A stretch of 63,202 nucleotides of DNA, filler included, from Octopus bimaculoides (lineage: Eukaryota), in the NCBI RefSeq assembly GCF_001194135.2. It is 10 parts of 8 records of this genome, joined end to end, with 100 filler letters (N's around TTAATTAATTAA, not from the genome) between each part and the next. Parts side by side here need not be neighbours in the genome. Positions count along the whole stretch, not along the records: positions 1 to 16,006 come from NC_068986.1; 9 more parts are not named here. The stretch is one strand, 5' to 3'. Shown in pieces: positions 1 to 13,919 of this stretch. Under the pieces are notes generated by a model. That model did no database searches. It had not been told where the DNA came from and worked only from the letters and a program-made list of their open reading frames with translations. The translations under genes were made by a program, and so were the position numbers. Position 1 is the stretch's first letter; each line of letters starts with the position of its first letter.

Positions 1-568
1 CAAGAAAAGCTCTACTTTGTAATTTGTCCATTTTCTGTATTTAGCCCTGTGTAGCTATAATAAAAAGATATCTATCTGTGGGCATATGCCGAATGGGTGC
101 TGTCGGCCGAGTCTATCGTGACAATTGCTCCGCCACCTCCTCTCAACCGGAAAAGCAAGGCAGTGTTCATCATACTGGTGGCCATGGTGAAAGAATGTGT
201 GCGGTGAACTCGAGCGAAAGGATTAGAGACAAACATAGTTAGATATAACTCGTAAAAATACTAGAGTTCCGCAATGTATCTTCTCAGCTCATGTAAAGAA
301 AAACAGCAAATTAAGGAACACAGCTTCAATCTTATAGAAGATCAATAAAAATTATATTTTAAAAAAAGCCTATAACAGACTGGGAAGAAAATGAAGGAAT
401 CCGGAAGATAGACAGCTAGTTAATTATGCTAACGTCAGACGAATATTTTTGACCGCCATTTTTAGAATGTTAGAAAAGAAACAACGCGCTCGGTATAACA
501 TGACAGAGTGAAATGTTATAAGCATAATTCATTTCATAAACGTACCTAAATATATGAGTAGAAGAGAA

Positions 569-569
569 T

Positions 570-649
<80 letters not shown>

Positions 650-1373
650 AGTCGAAATGAAAAAGAGACGACGTGGTTAGTGAGTTACGGAAACGAACAG
701 CTAAACATGGAATGTAATTCACCAGTTATGGAGTTTAAAAATTAGCACTAACCTATGAAATTCCACACCTGGAAGCAACTGCAATAAGGATAAGGGCATA
801 CAAAAAAGGGATCGCCACTGGAAAAAAATATAGGGGAAAATATAAAGAAATGAACGTGAGAAAAAAGCCAGATAAATACGCGTGCGCGTGCGTGTGTAAA
901 AGTGAAGAAAATGAACAATGATAGAAATATGACAAGGATAAATTAATTTCAGAAATATTGTTAAGTTCCGATAGAGACGGGTTCATTAACGTCAATTAAT
1001 GAACTATAGGTGTAATGAACCACGCTTGCTATCACAGGGATATGTACATATATGTATCTAAACGCACAGAGATATACACAGAAACAGACATATACGTATA
1101 CATACACACTTGCACACAGACTCGCCCACATATAGCCACACGTACACGTTTGTGTATTCATTTTTATATGAATGCACGCAAAAAATATGTAAGCATATAT
1201 CCCTATGTATGTATATGCGTGAGAGAGCGAGAGAGAGAGAGCGTGTGTGAGTGCACGCAAGAGAGAGAGAGAGAGAGTGTGTGTGTATGTATGTATATAT
1301 GTAGCTACATACTGTTTTATATGCATAGATTTATAAATTAGATATACTGTTTGTACTAACATAAATATATATG

Positions 1374-1440
<67 letters not shown>

Positions 1441-1486
1441 GTGTGTGTGTATATAGATATATATATATACATATGTGTGTGTGTTT

Positions 1487-1525
<39 letters not shown>

Positions 1526-1590
1526 TGTATGTGTGTGTGCGTGTTTGTGTGTGTGTTTGTGTGTGTTTGTGTGTGCGTGCATGTGTGCGT
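569..1590. repeat. (GT)n, (GA)n and (TA)n microsatellites
   Basis: (GT)n at 569-648, (TA)n at about 1375-1437, (GT)n at about 1441-1590. Confidence 0.95.
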
Positions 1591-1771
1591 AGCGGAAAAA
1601 TAGATCCAGCAATATCTGAAAGAGTTTTTGGCATGCTGTCTATATGAATCATTGCACTGTAAACGAATGACAAGATAAGGTATCACGTTTGTTGCCAACA
1701 GAAAGAAAAACAACCAAAAAGAACGCAATAATTCTTAGCAACAACTGAATATAATAATGATAATAATAATA

Positions 1772-1869
<98 letters not shown>

Positions 1870-2346
1870 CATAATAATAATAGATATTATTTTCCCTTTA
1901 TAGCCACGAGGGCGACAAATGAAGAAGCCTTGTAAAGACAGGTTACAATTGTTTTGGCTTACAACATAAATCGGATGATGAAAAAAAATATATATAAATA
2001 CATATATTTTGGTAAACATCGAATCATAGTGTGAAAATGTGATAGAGTCCCCAGAGGGGATAAGACAAAGGAGGAATCCCTACAGACTCAAGATTTTCTC
2101 TGATTACCAATGTTAAATTCCTTTCCCCGACACCATCTGTCATTCATCATCCTACAGGTGGTTTTTGTTGAGGATAGGCGCATTCATACGGACCAACTTT
2201 GCCGCTGTTACTAGTCATTCAACAAACTGCTGATATACTTAATGGTAGCACTTAGCTCGTCATGTTTAATTTCATTTACAAGTGTTGCAAAAGTGTCTGT
2301 TTTATGTCGATATAAGACATAAACCAATAATATTAATTAAACTTAT

Positions 2347-2881
2347 TGCCATTTTGTTTAGGACAGGTATAATTACCAGCACAGGAAACGTGTATCATGC
2401 ATCAAAATGAAGCTGGTCCTCTGTGGATCACAACCCTACTTCTCAACATTGTCACCGTTTCTCTCAATAGCAAAGTTCCACCTTCGAATGAGAGTTTGTA
2501 TCCCTGCCCCGTAAAATTCCGTTAACTGTTATTTGAGCCACTTCTTCACTACACTTTTCACTTCCCCCGTCACTGGAATAATGTTTGCCTCTCAAACCCT
2601 CTTTCATGGGGCCGAAGAGATGATAGTCCAGTGACGAGGATGTGAAAACTGTAGTAAAGAAGTGGCTCAAAGAACAGTCAACAAAATTTTACGGGGCAGG
2701 GATACATGCTCTCATTCGAAGGTGGGACATTGCTATTGAGAGAAACGGTGACTATGTTGAGAAGTAGGGATGTGATCCACAGAGGACCAGCTTCATTTTG
2801 ATGCATGATACAAGTTCCTGTGTTGGTAATTATACCTGTCCTACACAAAATGGCATTACTTTTTGACTTCCCCACTTAGTA
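2347..2881. mobile_element. Fold-back of two mariner 3' ends (about 230-bp inverted repeat)
   Basis: 2347-2577 is the reverse complement of 2627-2855 (about 90% by eye). It encodes the transposase C-terminus (YHLFGPMKEGLRGKHYSSD...). Only the right arm carries a TIR-like end (ACTTTTTGACTTCCCC...TA). Confidence 0.85.
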
Positions 2882-3370
2882 TATCTATTCACGTTCATCA
2901 GGGAGGTTTGTTTAAAATAGATACATTGATACATAGTTGATTATATATGTTAACGTAAATATACTGTAGAAAACCAGAAACCTGTAGTATTCTTCTCGAG
3001 AAAGCATTGCTTATAGACGTGTAGTGCTAAAAGGCTCAGAAAAATATCAGTTGCAGATGATAAGCGTCAGAATTCTGCGTCTTTGAACTGCATCAATACC
3101 AACCAATCACTGTGATAAATGAATCAGCGTTAAATGGATCATCTTTATACATCTTGAAAATGTCACTAAACCTGCGGCCCAGAACCGTGAAGCTCCCATC
3201 ATTAATTATTTTCTTTATTGTCTCTATGTTTTCTTCTAGAGATTATACTCGTCTGCTCGTTTGTTACGTACAGACGCCTTCGTATATTTCTATTCACAGG
3301 CCCCATGTTGATGGATATGTCTATGTAAATTCGTATATAATATAGAACCTCATAGCACTATCATGCAAAA

Positions 3371-4005
3371 GAGCGGCGAGCTAGCAGAAACGTTAGTACA
3401 TCGGTCGAAATGCTTAGTGGTATTTCGTGTGCTGTTACGTTCTGAGTTCAAATTCCGCCGAGGTTAACTTTGCCTTTTACCCTTTTGGGGTCGATAAATT
3501 AAGTACTAGTTACGCACTGGGGTCGATGTAATCAATTTAATCCCTTCGTCTGTCCTTGCTTGCCCCCTCTATGTTTAGCCCCTTGTGGTTAATAAAGAAA
3601 TAAAAAACTTTAGCATGCCGGGCGAAATGCTGAACGGTATTTCGTCTGCTGCTACGTTCTGAGTTCAAATTCCGCCGAGGTCGACTTTGCCTTTCATCCT
3701 TTCGAGGTCGATTAAATAAGTACCAGTTGTGCACTGAAGTCGATGTAATCCACTGACCTCCCTACTCATGAAAATTGCGGGTTGTGTCAAAATTTGAAAT
3801 CATTCTCATTAGTCAATTGAAAATAGCAAACTCATGATATCGTTAGCACGCCGGACAAAATTCTTAGCGGCGTTTCATCCGTTTCATGTTCTTAATGCAA
3901 AAACCACCGAGATCGACTTTTCCTTTCATGCTTTAATGGTCGACAAGCTCCTCCTGCAAAATTCCCGGCCTTGTGCCTGTAAAATAAAGGGTTATTATTA
4001 TTAGT
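3371..4005 (+). mobile_element. Three head-to-tail copies of a short tRNA-derived SINE (family B)
   Basis: Copies at about 3371-3601, 3609-3810 and 3840-4005 share GGCGAAATGCT...GTTCTGAGTTCAAATTCCGCCGAGG...TTTGCCTTTCATCC...GGTCGATAAATTAAGTAC (B-box GAGTTCAAATTCC). Confidence 0.85.
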
Positions 4006-4933
4006 CAATTGGTTAACTATTTAACCAATCGATTGCTTGATCAATAGCTGAATCAATCGATCAGTTAGATCTATTAAAGTCCTTTTGTCGCTATTCGCAG
4101 CTTCATCTACTCTCTACTCCAGGTGGACTTTGTCAATTCTAGCTGCTTGAGTGATTGACTGAAAGATTAATCGAACAATTGATTAGTTGATTGGTTAAAT
4201 GGTTACCTAATTCAGTAATGATAAATGAAGTGAAGTGAAATAGAACCAGTATGTGTGTTTATCATTAGCACAATGATAAACAATGATCCTCCCGAAATAC
4301 TCCAAATTATGTTCCAACACACGAATTCACAACAAGAATCTTGTAAATCAAATAGAAAAAAAATAATAATTATATTTCATTTTCTATCAAACATTCTAAC
4401 TTCTAACAATTTCTTTGTGCATATACAATTGACATAATAAATACTAATTTTCAAATTAAAATATCTATTATCTTGAAATATAATCAAATAAATCAAACAA
4501 TGACGTGAACCTTCATACTCTCGGTGGATTCGAACATGAATATGATAATCGCTGTTATGTGTTGTGTAAGTAGAACAATTTCCCTATTTTTCATTTGTAA
4601 AATTTCCCCTATAAATAGCCTGTCATTTACTCCCTGTTCTCCTCCTCCGTCTCTATGATTCTTTCTCTCTCATTTTATGTGTAGCTTCCTTTTATTCATT
4701 GTCTGCCACCAAGCCTATTATGTGCGGTCATCTTGCACTTCTTATGTTAACACTCCTTGTATCTATATTTCACATACGCTATCTCCTATAACGCGTGTGT
4801 TCTATATGTTTTCATATATTTTGTCTGACCGAAAAAAAAAATCTCCTAGGATTATATCCGCAGCGAAAGGGCATTTCACGTCCAAGTTCCTTTCCGCAGA
4901 AACTACGTCTTATTAATGATTCAAATGATTATA

Positions 4934-5154
4934 TATGAGGGGGATCTGAAATGTTCCTGGTTTTAATGGTATTGGGAAAAGACTTGTTGGACATCCAAAA
5001 TTCCGAATTCTTTTACAGGTCTTAGAGAAACTGAAGGACTATTGCAATAAATATGTGAATCTAAGAGGGAAACACGTTGAATAAAAATATAATCAACTGA
5101 TCCTCCTGTATTTTCTCTTACCCAAAGCCAGAAACTTTTCAGCACGCCATCGTA
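4934..5154 (+). mobile_element. Mariner-derived MITE
   Basis: TA-flanked imperfect 31-bp TIRs (TATGAGGGGGATCTGAAATGTTCCTGGTTTT / AAAGCCAGAAACTTTTCAGCACGCCATCGTA). The interior retains the transposase end (KYVNLRGKHVE*). Confidence 0.7.
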
Positions 5155-5529
5155 TACATTTGTTTCATGTTTTAAGGCTGTATGAACGTATGGGTATTTT
5201 ATTATTCAAAACGTTTTGCCACTTTTTAAAAACAAGTTTGTAATTTGAGGAAGACGGTTGAAATTTCAAGCTGAAGCGGGTCATACATGACTTCGTGGTT
5301 CGCTGGTTTGATTGGTAGCAAAAGTAGTTGTGTTAGTATTGCTGATAGTGGTTTTGGTAGCGGTGTTACCGATGTTGGTGTCGACGAATGGATGATTTTA
5401 CTGTTGCTGCTAACAACAGCTCTAGTAATTTCCAAACACTAAACACATTGCAATTTAACTCAGTGATTCTCATCCACTTTCTTCTTCTTGTTCTTCTTGA
5501 TTACTTTCTTTCTTTTTTTTTTCGTTCCT

Positions 5530-6126
5530 GCTGTTGTTATTGTTATTGTTATTGTTGTTGTTGTTGTTGTTGTTCATCTCATTCTATCAATCGATAAATG
5601 AGCAAATGTTTGAACAGTTTTAATAACAGCGCCGCAAAATAGAATAACAAAAACAGAAAGAAAGACACAAGAAAAGCAACAACAACAATGACAACAACAA
5701 CAGCAATAAAAGACCACAATGGAATCAACAACAACAACAACAACAGGAACAACAACAACAACAACACCAACAACAGGAACAATATCAATAATAATAATGA
5801 TGCCGACGACACCAACAATAAAGGTTATTTTCAATGGAAATTACGTTGGTCGTTCTTAATTTTGTTACTAAATATTTTGTTCTTACATTTGTTGTTGTTG
5901 TTGTCGTCGTTGTTATGTTATTTCATTGTTTTATTTGTAGTTATTATTATTTGTTCTTTGNNNNNNNNNNTTTTTTTTTTTTTTTTTTTTTTGGTTCTTT
6001 TTTTTTTCCAATATTCGCCTTTTGTTTCGATCTGCTGTTGTTGCTGTTTTTGAATGATGTATCTCTTCTTGATGCCTTAGTTGCTATTTCTGTGGCTAGC
6101 TCTTATCGCCGTCGTCATCACAGCTG

Positions 6127-6185
<59 letters not shown>

Positions 6186-6219
6186 GTCATCATCATCATC
6201 GTCATCATCATCATCATCG

Positions 6220-6253
<34 letters not shown>

Positions 6254-6534
6254 TATCGTAATCATCATTATCGTAATCATCATCATCGTCATCATCATCA
6301 TCATCATCTTCATCATCATCATCATCATCATTATCAGCATCATCATCATCGTCATCATCATCGNNNNNNNNNNNNNNNNNNNNNNNNNNNNNNNNNNNNN
6401 NNNNNNNNNNNNNNNNNNNNNNNNNNNNNNNNNNNNNNNNNNNNNNNNNNNNNNNNNNNNNNNNNNNNNNNNNNNNNNNNNNNNNNNNNNNNNNNNNNNN
6501 NNNNNNNNNNNNNNNNNNNNNNNNNNNACAGCTG

Positions 6535-6593
<59 letters not shown>

Positions 6594-6594
6594 G

Positions 6595-6644
<50 letters not shown>

Positions 6645-6664
6645 GTCATCATCATCATCATCAA

Positions 6665-6704
<40 letters not shown>

Positions 6705-6739
6705 GCCATCATCATCTTCATCGTCATCGTCATCGTCAC

Positions 6740-6770
<31 letters not shown>

Positions 6771-7380
6771 GTCGTCGTCGTCGTCGTCATCATCATCATC
6801 ATCATCATCTCAACACCATCATCATCATCGTTGTCGTCATCATCACCTTCCTCTTTTCCCTACCCCCACCTCCTCCTCCTCCTCCTCCTCCGCCTCTACC
6901 TCCTCTTCCTCTTTCTGTTCCTCCTCATCATCATTATCAACAACAACACCATCCTGTCTAATCCCCTTCGTCGGTTGTTCTTTTCGCTGTGGAACCTATA
7001 ATCGTTGGTGTTAGGATTACGTTTGCCAGATCAGCGGCACTTGGCCATGTTTCAGGACGACATGGATGTGGCGCAAATGCTAGCAAGGGGCGAATGGTGG
7101 AGATGGTGACAGCGATGGCCACAACGGTGACGGCGATGACGAAGCTGACGATGTCGACGACGATGACGAAGCTGATGATGACGGCCATGACAAAAGTGCT
7201 GCTGATGACGATGATGACGCTGATGACGATGATGACGTTGACGATGATGATGCTGATGATGATGCTGATGATGACGATGACGATGACGATGATGATGATG
7301 ATGAGTAGGAGTGGGAGGAAGACGATGCTATTGCTGCAGATGATGATAATGATGATGATGCTGATGATGATGACGCTGAC

Positions 7381-7442
<62 letters not shown>

Positions 7443-7572
7443 CGATGACGATGATAACGATGACGATGATGATGGTGACGACGATGAAAATGACCATGAT
7501 GATGAAGATGATGCTGATGATGATGACGATGACGATGATGATGATGATGATGATGATGACGATGACGATGAC

Positions 7573-7610
<38 letters not shown>

Positions 7611-8028
7611 CGACGACGACGTCTAGGTCGATGACAGCGATGATGACGACGATGACAACGAAGGCAACGGCAACGATATGTCGACAACGACGACGACAAC
7701 ATCCTCCACCACCACCACCACCGCCACCAAGATAATTCTGGTGATTATCGCAACCACGATGCAGTTTGTGCTGGCCGTGTTCATTTGGCGAGGGTGATGG
7801 CGACGACGTACAGTTGTGCTGTTGTCTGTGTTGAAGCTGGAGAACGATAGGGGGGCGGGATGGGAAGAGTGCGGGATGCGATGAAGGAAAATTAAAAGGC
7901 TGATTTGTTTCAACAAAAAAAGCAAATCTGCTTCCCTGAAAGGCTTGTTATCGGCCAATCAGCAATTAATAGTCTCTACAAGTTGCTAATCGAGCGACTC
8001 ACTTAATAATAATGATAATAGTAACAGC

Positions 8029-8078
<50 letters not shown>

Positions 8079-8170
8079 TAATTATAATAATAATAATGGT
8101 AGTAATGATAGTAATGATAGTAATGATAATAATGATAATAATAATAATAATAATAATAATGATAGTAATG

Positions 8171-8237
<67 letters not shown>

Positions 8238-8407
8238 TAATAAAAGTAATAATAATGATAATAACAATGATAATACTACTAATAATATTGATAGTAATAA
8301 TGATAATAATAATAATGGTGGTGGTAATAAGATTAATATTGATGATAATAATAATTTGAGATGATGGGTAAGATAAGTGTCAATATTAGTAGCAACAAAG
8401 ATAATAC

Positions 8408-8465
<58 letters not shown>

Positions 8466-8608
8466 GATGATGATGATGATGTAGTTGCTGTTGTTTTTGG
8501 TGGTGGTGGTGGTGGAGGTGAGAGTGGTGGTGATGTTAGTGGTGGTGGTGGTGATTATGATGATGATGATGATGACGATGACTATGCAAACAATAGCAAT
8601 ACTACTGT

Positions 8609-8641
<33 letters not shown>

Positions 8642-8924
8642 TGCTGCTGCTGCTACTACTAATAATAATAATAATCAGAAGAAGATGAAGAGGAAGAATG
8701 TAGAAGTAATAACAGTGTTAATAATCATGATAATATTAATACTTATGCTAATAATAATATTGATAATGATGATGATTACGATGATGATGATGACGACGAT
8801 GGTGATGGCGATGGCAATGATAATGATTATTATCATTTTATTTTATTTTTTACCTTTTATTTTAGGCTTTGTTATTAATATTTTGACAATATTTATGTTG
8901 ATGATGTTTGATAATAGTTCCAAT

Positions 8925-8979
<55 letters not shown>

Positions 8980-9013
8980 GCGACAATAATAACAAACGAA
9001 AATTGCTATTTTC

Positions 9014-9053
<40 letters not shown>

Positions 9054-9085
9054 TCCTTAAATAATTATACTACTACTACTACTAC

Positions 9086-9132
<47 letters not shown>

Positions 9133-9135
9133 GAA
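5530..9135. repeat. 3.6-kb mosaic of trinucleotide microsatellites (GTT, AAC, CAT, CCT, GAT, AAT, GGT, ACT)
   Basis: Seen directly; it generates the poly-H/I/M/N ORFs of the track. Confidence 0.97.
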
Positions 9136-9779
9136 GTAATGATAATGACCTAAGCAAACAAAGAAACAACAGCAAACGACACACGGAAATACCTCAGTTT
9201 TAACATAGAATTAATTAATGTATCCTGCTGTGCGTTAATTGTATCGTGAATATCCTCGCACCAAATTGATTAGAGTAACATGTTCTGTTCTTGTCTTTTA
9301 CTGTGTCGAGATTAATTCGAACAACAGCCACGTGAAGTTTAACGTCTGTTTGTTGCATATGTTGACAAAATGGTTGCTTTTATTTTGTCTCATTTTATCT
9401 CATTTTTAATTTTCTTCTGCTTTGTATTGTTGTTCTGTTTTTGCTTTCGTATTAACAATCTTAAAAAGATTGCATTCAACTATTGCTTTTTTTTTTCCTT
9501 TTTTCTTTTTTCTTTTTCTTTTTTCATCCACTGTTGCATGAAACACAGCATGCTATTGATGGGTTATCTATTCTGGTTTTAGATCGAACGTGATCAGTAC
9601 CTGCTCGTGTTAACAAATCGCAGGTTGGATGTGGTGGTCAGGTTGCTCAGTGGTTAATGTTAGCTCAGCTATTATGGCCTTTCTGAAACGTAAACAAAAT
9701 CTGAACAGAGTATGCAAGCACTCAGCTATTTTTTAACTGTGTCAAATGAAGAAGGTCTAAGCGTACGGACATTATAAGG

Positions 9780-10420
9780 GCATAGCAATTCATTCCACGC
9801 GTTCAAAAGATTATCCATGATATCCACCCCCGCCAAGTATAAAGAACAGATAGGCCCATCGCCAAACAACTTTAGGAAGCGGGGTCGACTATTAGAACTA
9901 TGGTGCACGGAGTTAAAGGAGCAACGTTTGAACTGTACCATACATTTACCTAACAAGGTTAAAATCCTTGAGATCATGGCACGCTTTGGCGCTTTGATAA
10001 GAAAATCTTCAACTAAGACAAAGATCCTAGCTAGAGAAATGGTACGTGGTTATGTGCGGATCCTTCTGAAGTCTCCAGAGTGATGCACACTAAGTTTTCA
10101 GCAACTGTTATGGTTTTAGGTGCTGGTGAGTAACGGAGGTTATGTTACTCACAATTTTTCCACAGGTATTTTGGAATTAATTCTGTTGGATACGCTGAGG
10201 TACTGGAGATCGTAGTTAAGCCCTGGATGAATAAAATACGTAGTGAAAGACAATACGTGATTAAAAAAAAACTCCGCTTCGTCTCACAAACCCACGCTAG
10301 TCTAAAATGGGTGTTGGACAAGCTTTATGGCCATGTAACATAAACCTCGTGGTTTCCAAATTCGCCAGATTTAAATCCCATGGATTAGTAGGTTTAGGCC
10401 GTTGTCCCTTGCCATCACAA
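9780..10420 (+). pseudogene. Decayed Tc1/mariner-superfamily transposase (maT/DD37D-like)
   Basis: Frameshifted segments VMHTKFSATVMVLG, YAEVLEIVVKPWM and WFPNSPDLNP. Confidence 0.65.
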
Positions 10421-11643
10421 ATTGCTGCTCTTTAAACCTGCAACGCACCTGTATCCCGTTCAGGAACTCAGGGATCTCAATTAAGTATGCGTCATGAAAA
10501 CCGTGTAACCAGTTTTAAGTGTCCCGAAGCTCACGAAAAATGAGCGTCTGTATAGCATTTAACTTTATCGACCTCACAAGGATAAAAAAGCAAAGTTTAT
10601 CTTAGCAAATTTAAACTCTGAGTGCAAAGACTGAGGACAAACACTCCAAAGCATTAATCGCAGTCATTCCTAACGATTCCATCAACTCGCTACTCGTATA
10701 CGTATTATATTATAAAACAAAAATAAAAGGTTTTTTTTTTAAAAAAGAACATACAGTACGTTTGAGTATACAATGGAAGTATATTTTCCCAGTCCAAGCT
10801 ATAATTTTGTTATTACCTTTTTAAATAATATTAGTTCGACTTATGTCTACTGAGGTTTCTTAGTTCTCTTTGTATAAAATTCATAGATAAATTTTAAAAG
10901 GAGAACATCGCGCTGCTAACACAATAGTAAGGAACAATATTGAATGGTAAACCTTTAACGTATTTGGTAGTATATCATGGTTGTGAAATGAAATACTTTG
11001 TCCTTGCTTTCAATTAATAATTCTCATTGATATTCTTCAACTATATGAACTGAAAACCAGAAAATATTTTAGTTTTGTTATATAACATATTTTTGTTCAT
11101 TTCGCGTGAATCCGTTTTTTAAACTAGAGTACGAAAGAAAAAAGAAGTAAAAAAAATAAATAAATGAAACGATATATACATAAAGCATCATTCGACTATC
11201 TGTTCTAACAACATCCCCAATTAACGCATCACCACTCTGAGCTTCCCATATACACATACATGCGTTTTGTGTGTGTAAATGTGTGTATGGAAATGTCTCC
11301 GCGGCTGTGCAACAAATTGCGATGTTTTTAAAGAAGGCCATCCAAAGAGACACAAGTGCTTTAAACAAATAACGTTTCTTTTCATGTTTCTTTTTGCTTG
11401 CTTATTTCCTATTCCAGTTTGATAAAGAGATCAGAACGAAACGTCAGTCTACCCCTTTTCTGTTTTTTCATATTCTCGGCGTGCAATTTTGTGTTCCCAA
11501 TTATTTTAAGTTTTTTCCTGTTGGTGAATAGATTTTGTTTGAATCTTTGTCAACTTGTAATCTGTCATGTTGTACAACTGTTTGTCCGTTATTCCCATCG
11601 TACCGTGTGTGCTATTTTTACCTCTCCGCGTGTTTGTATGCTA

Positions 11644-12544
11644 TTGGATCACCCCATAAGTAAGGCGGGGTTTTTTTTCAATTACATGAATTAAAAGTCG
11701 GAAGGGGGCGGGATAAACTACCTGCATCAACTTACTATACAAGAAGGTAGTAATTTTACCTTGTCCTTATTCTTAGTGCAAATTTTGAAGAGTGCATTTC
11801 GATTCTAACAGTCATTTTTTCAAAGCTTTAATGGAAGTGATTTATTCGACATATCTTGCTTAATGAGTTCAATAAAGACAACAACGCAACGGAAAGTGCG
11901 AGGAATATTAATGCAGTATATGGGGATCGGACAATAAGCGTAAACCAATTTCAGCAGTGGTTCCAGAAATTCCGAGCCGGAAACTACAGGCTAGATAGCG
12001 AGTCTCGTCATGGAAGACCTGTAGAGCTCGACGAGGATGTCCTGCAAACCCTAGTGGAACAAAATCCCATCGTAACTGTTGAAGAACTAGCAGAGAAGCT
12101 AGGATTTGGTCATTCAACCAGTCATTCAAGACAGCGATAGAAGAAAAATGACCATCTTTGGCTTCAAGATGAAAGGTGTTTTTCCATCAGGATAATACTC
12201 GGCCACATACAGCGAGGATTACATTCCAAAGGCTGGAGCAGTTTGAATGGGAAACGACGCTTCATCCACCATATACGCCGTACATTGTTCCATCTGAGTA
12301 TCATTTATTCCAAAGTCTTCAAAATCATTTGGACGGAAAAAATATGAATCCTGTAGACAAAGTCAGAACAATACTGAAGGAGTATTTTTCGTCACAAACA
12401 AGTGAATTTTGGAAGAGAGGGCTTGCATGTCTACCAGGCAGATGGAAGAGCATCGTATAAAATACAGGAGAGTATATTTTAGATGAAAAGAAAACTTTTG
12501 AAAAAGTATTTTAAAAAACTCGCATTATTTATGGGATGACCCAA
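11644..12544 (+). mobile_element. Internally deleted mariner-family DNA transposon
   Basis: TA-flanked TIRs TATTGGATCACCCCATAAGTAAGGCG / CGCATTATTTATGGGATGACCCAATA (22/26 match). Transposase N-terminal HTH part at 11856-12140 (ARNINAVYG...WFQKFRAG...GRP) and C-terminal part at 12176-12460 (FHQDNTRPH...HPPYTPYIVPSEYHLF, a degenerate YSPDLAPSDY). Confidence 0.92.
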
Positions 12545-13344
12545 TACACCGTGTACGCATATAGCTTATGACACCAATCGTGAAAAGAAATCCATTTCTA
12601 ATACGATATATTTTATGAGTAAACATATTTTATGAAATTAAATTTAGTACTTACTTATATGAGTTATTCACTTCTCTTGTTACTCGTTTCTTAAAAAAGA
12701 GAATATTCATTCGTTAACACACAGACATATTAAGCTCTGCTCTATATTTACATAGACATAGCGAACATATTCGACTCAAATTATGATACATCATAAAGGA
12801 AAAATATTAATTTTATATGAAAAAATATTTACTATATGAAAACATATATTTCATGTAATAAAATTATTTTATATAATAAGATCATTTTACGTAATAAAAT
12901 ATACTTGATGTAATAAAAGTGTTTGAGTATTAAATGGTATAATCGATTTAATCAAACCAAATATTCGAGTTTTAATATGATATAAGTATTAAATGTTAAA
13001 TATTGATATTGTTGCCACAAACTAAACTGTTTAATAATTAAGTAAACAGGAGGATCCGATGGAATCTTGTGATGGTGGGCATTGGCAAATATTGGATATA
13101 AACAGTTAAAATGTTCCACTTGGCTACGACAAACCAATTTATTCTACTTAATTTGTATGTTCTGTATCCTCCTCCTCCTCCTTATCCTCCTCCTCCTCCT
13201 TATCCTCCTNNNNNNNNNNNNNNNNNNNNNNNNNNNNNNNNNNNNNNNNNNNNNNNNNNNNNNNNNNNNNNNNCATCAACAGCAGCAGCAGCAACAGCAG
13301 CAGCAGTAGCAGCAGTTGTATCACCATTATAGTTCGTGCTGATA

Positions 13345-13634
13345 GAAAAGTTCGCAAGCCGGGCGAAACGCTTGGTGACATTTCGTCCGTCTTTACATTC
13401 TGAGGTCGAGTCTGCCTTTTATTCTTTCAGGAGTTGATACAATAAATACCAGTTATACACTGGAGTCGATGTCATCGACCAACCACCTCCCCGCAAAATT
13501 TCAGGCTTCATGCCCTGAGTAGAAAGGATTTTCATCTTTTCGAGGTCAATAAAATGAGTACCAGCTGTGTACTGGTGTCAATGTAATAAACTTAGCTCCT
13601 CCCACGAACTTGCAGGCCATATCCCAAAATATCA

Positions 13635-13676
<42 letters not shown>

Positions 13677-13872
13677 TAATATCGTTATCATTTTAATATT
13701 ATTATTACCATTATTATTATCATTGAGGCGGCGAGCTGGCAGAATCGTTAGCACGACTTTGCCTTTGATCCCTTCGGGGTCGATGAATTAAGTACCAGTG
13801 AAACACTGGAAGCAATGTAATCGAATAATCCTCTCCCACCAAATTTCAGGCCTTGTGCCTTTAGTAGAAAGG

Positions 13873-13905
<33 letters not shown>
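13345..13905 (+). mobile_element. Cluster of SINE family B copies/fragments with (ATT)n tails
   Basis: Copies at about 13345-13530, 13531-13640 and 13724-13905 (the last internally deleted: GAGGCGGCGAGCTGGCAGAATCGTTAGCAC|GACTTTGCC). Confidence 0.8.
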
Positions 13906-13919
13906 GACGTCGCACAGTA

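Noticed and set aside
4014-4205. 17-bp inverted repeat suggesting a MITE
   Set aside because: The arms are made of degenerate ATCA/TGAT tetranucleotide repeats; no TSD or known TIR.
7851-7961. GC box plus GGCCAATCAG as a promoter
   Set aside because: Two short motifs with no linked gene or start site; expected by chance in 63 kb.
5834-9017. Long poly-His/Ile/Met/Asn ORFs (up to 375 aa)
   Set aside because: Translations of trinucleotide microsatellites and N runs; no domain content.
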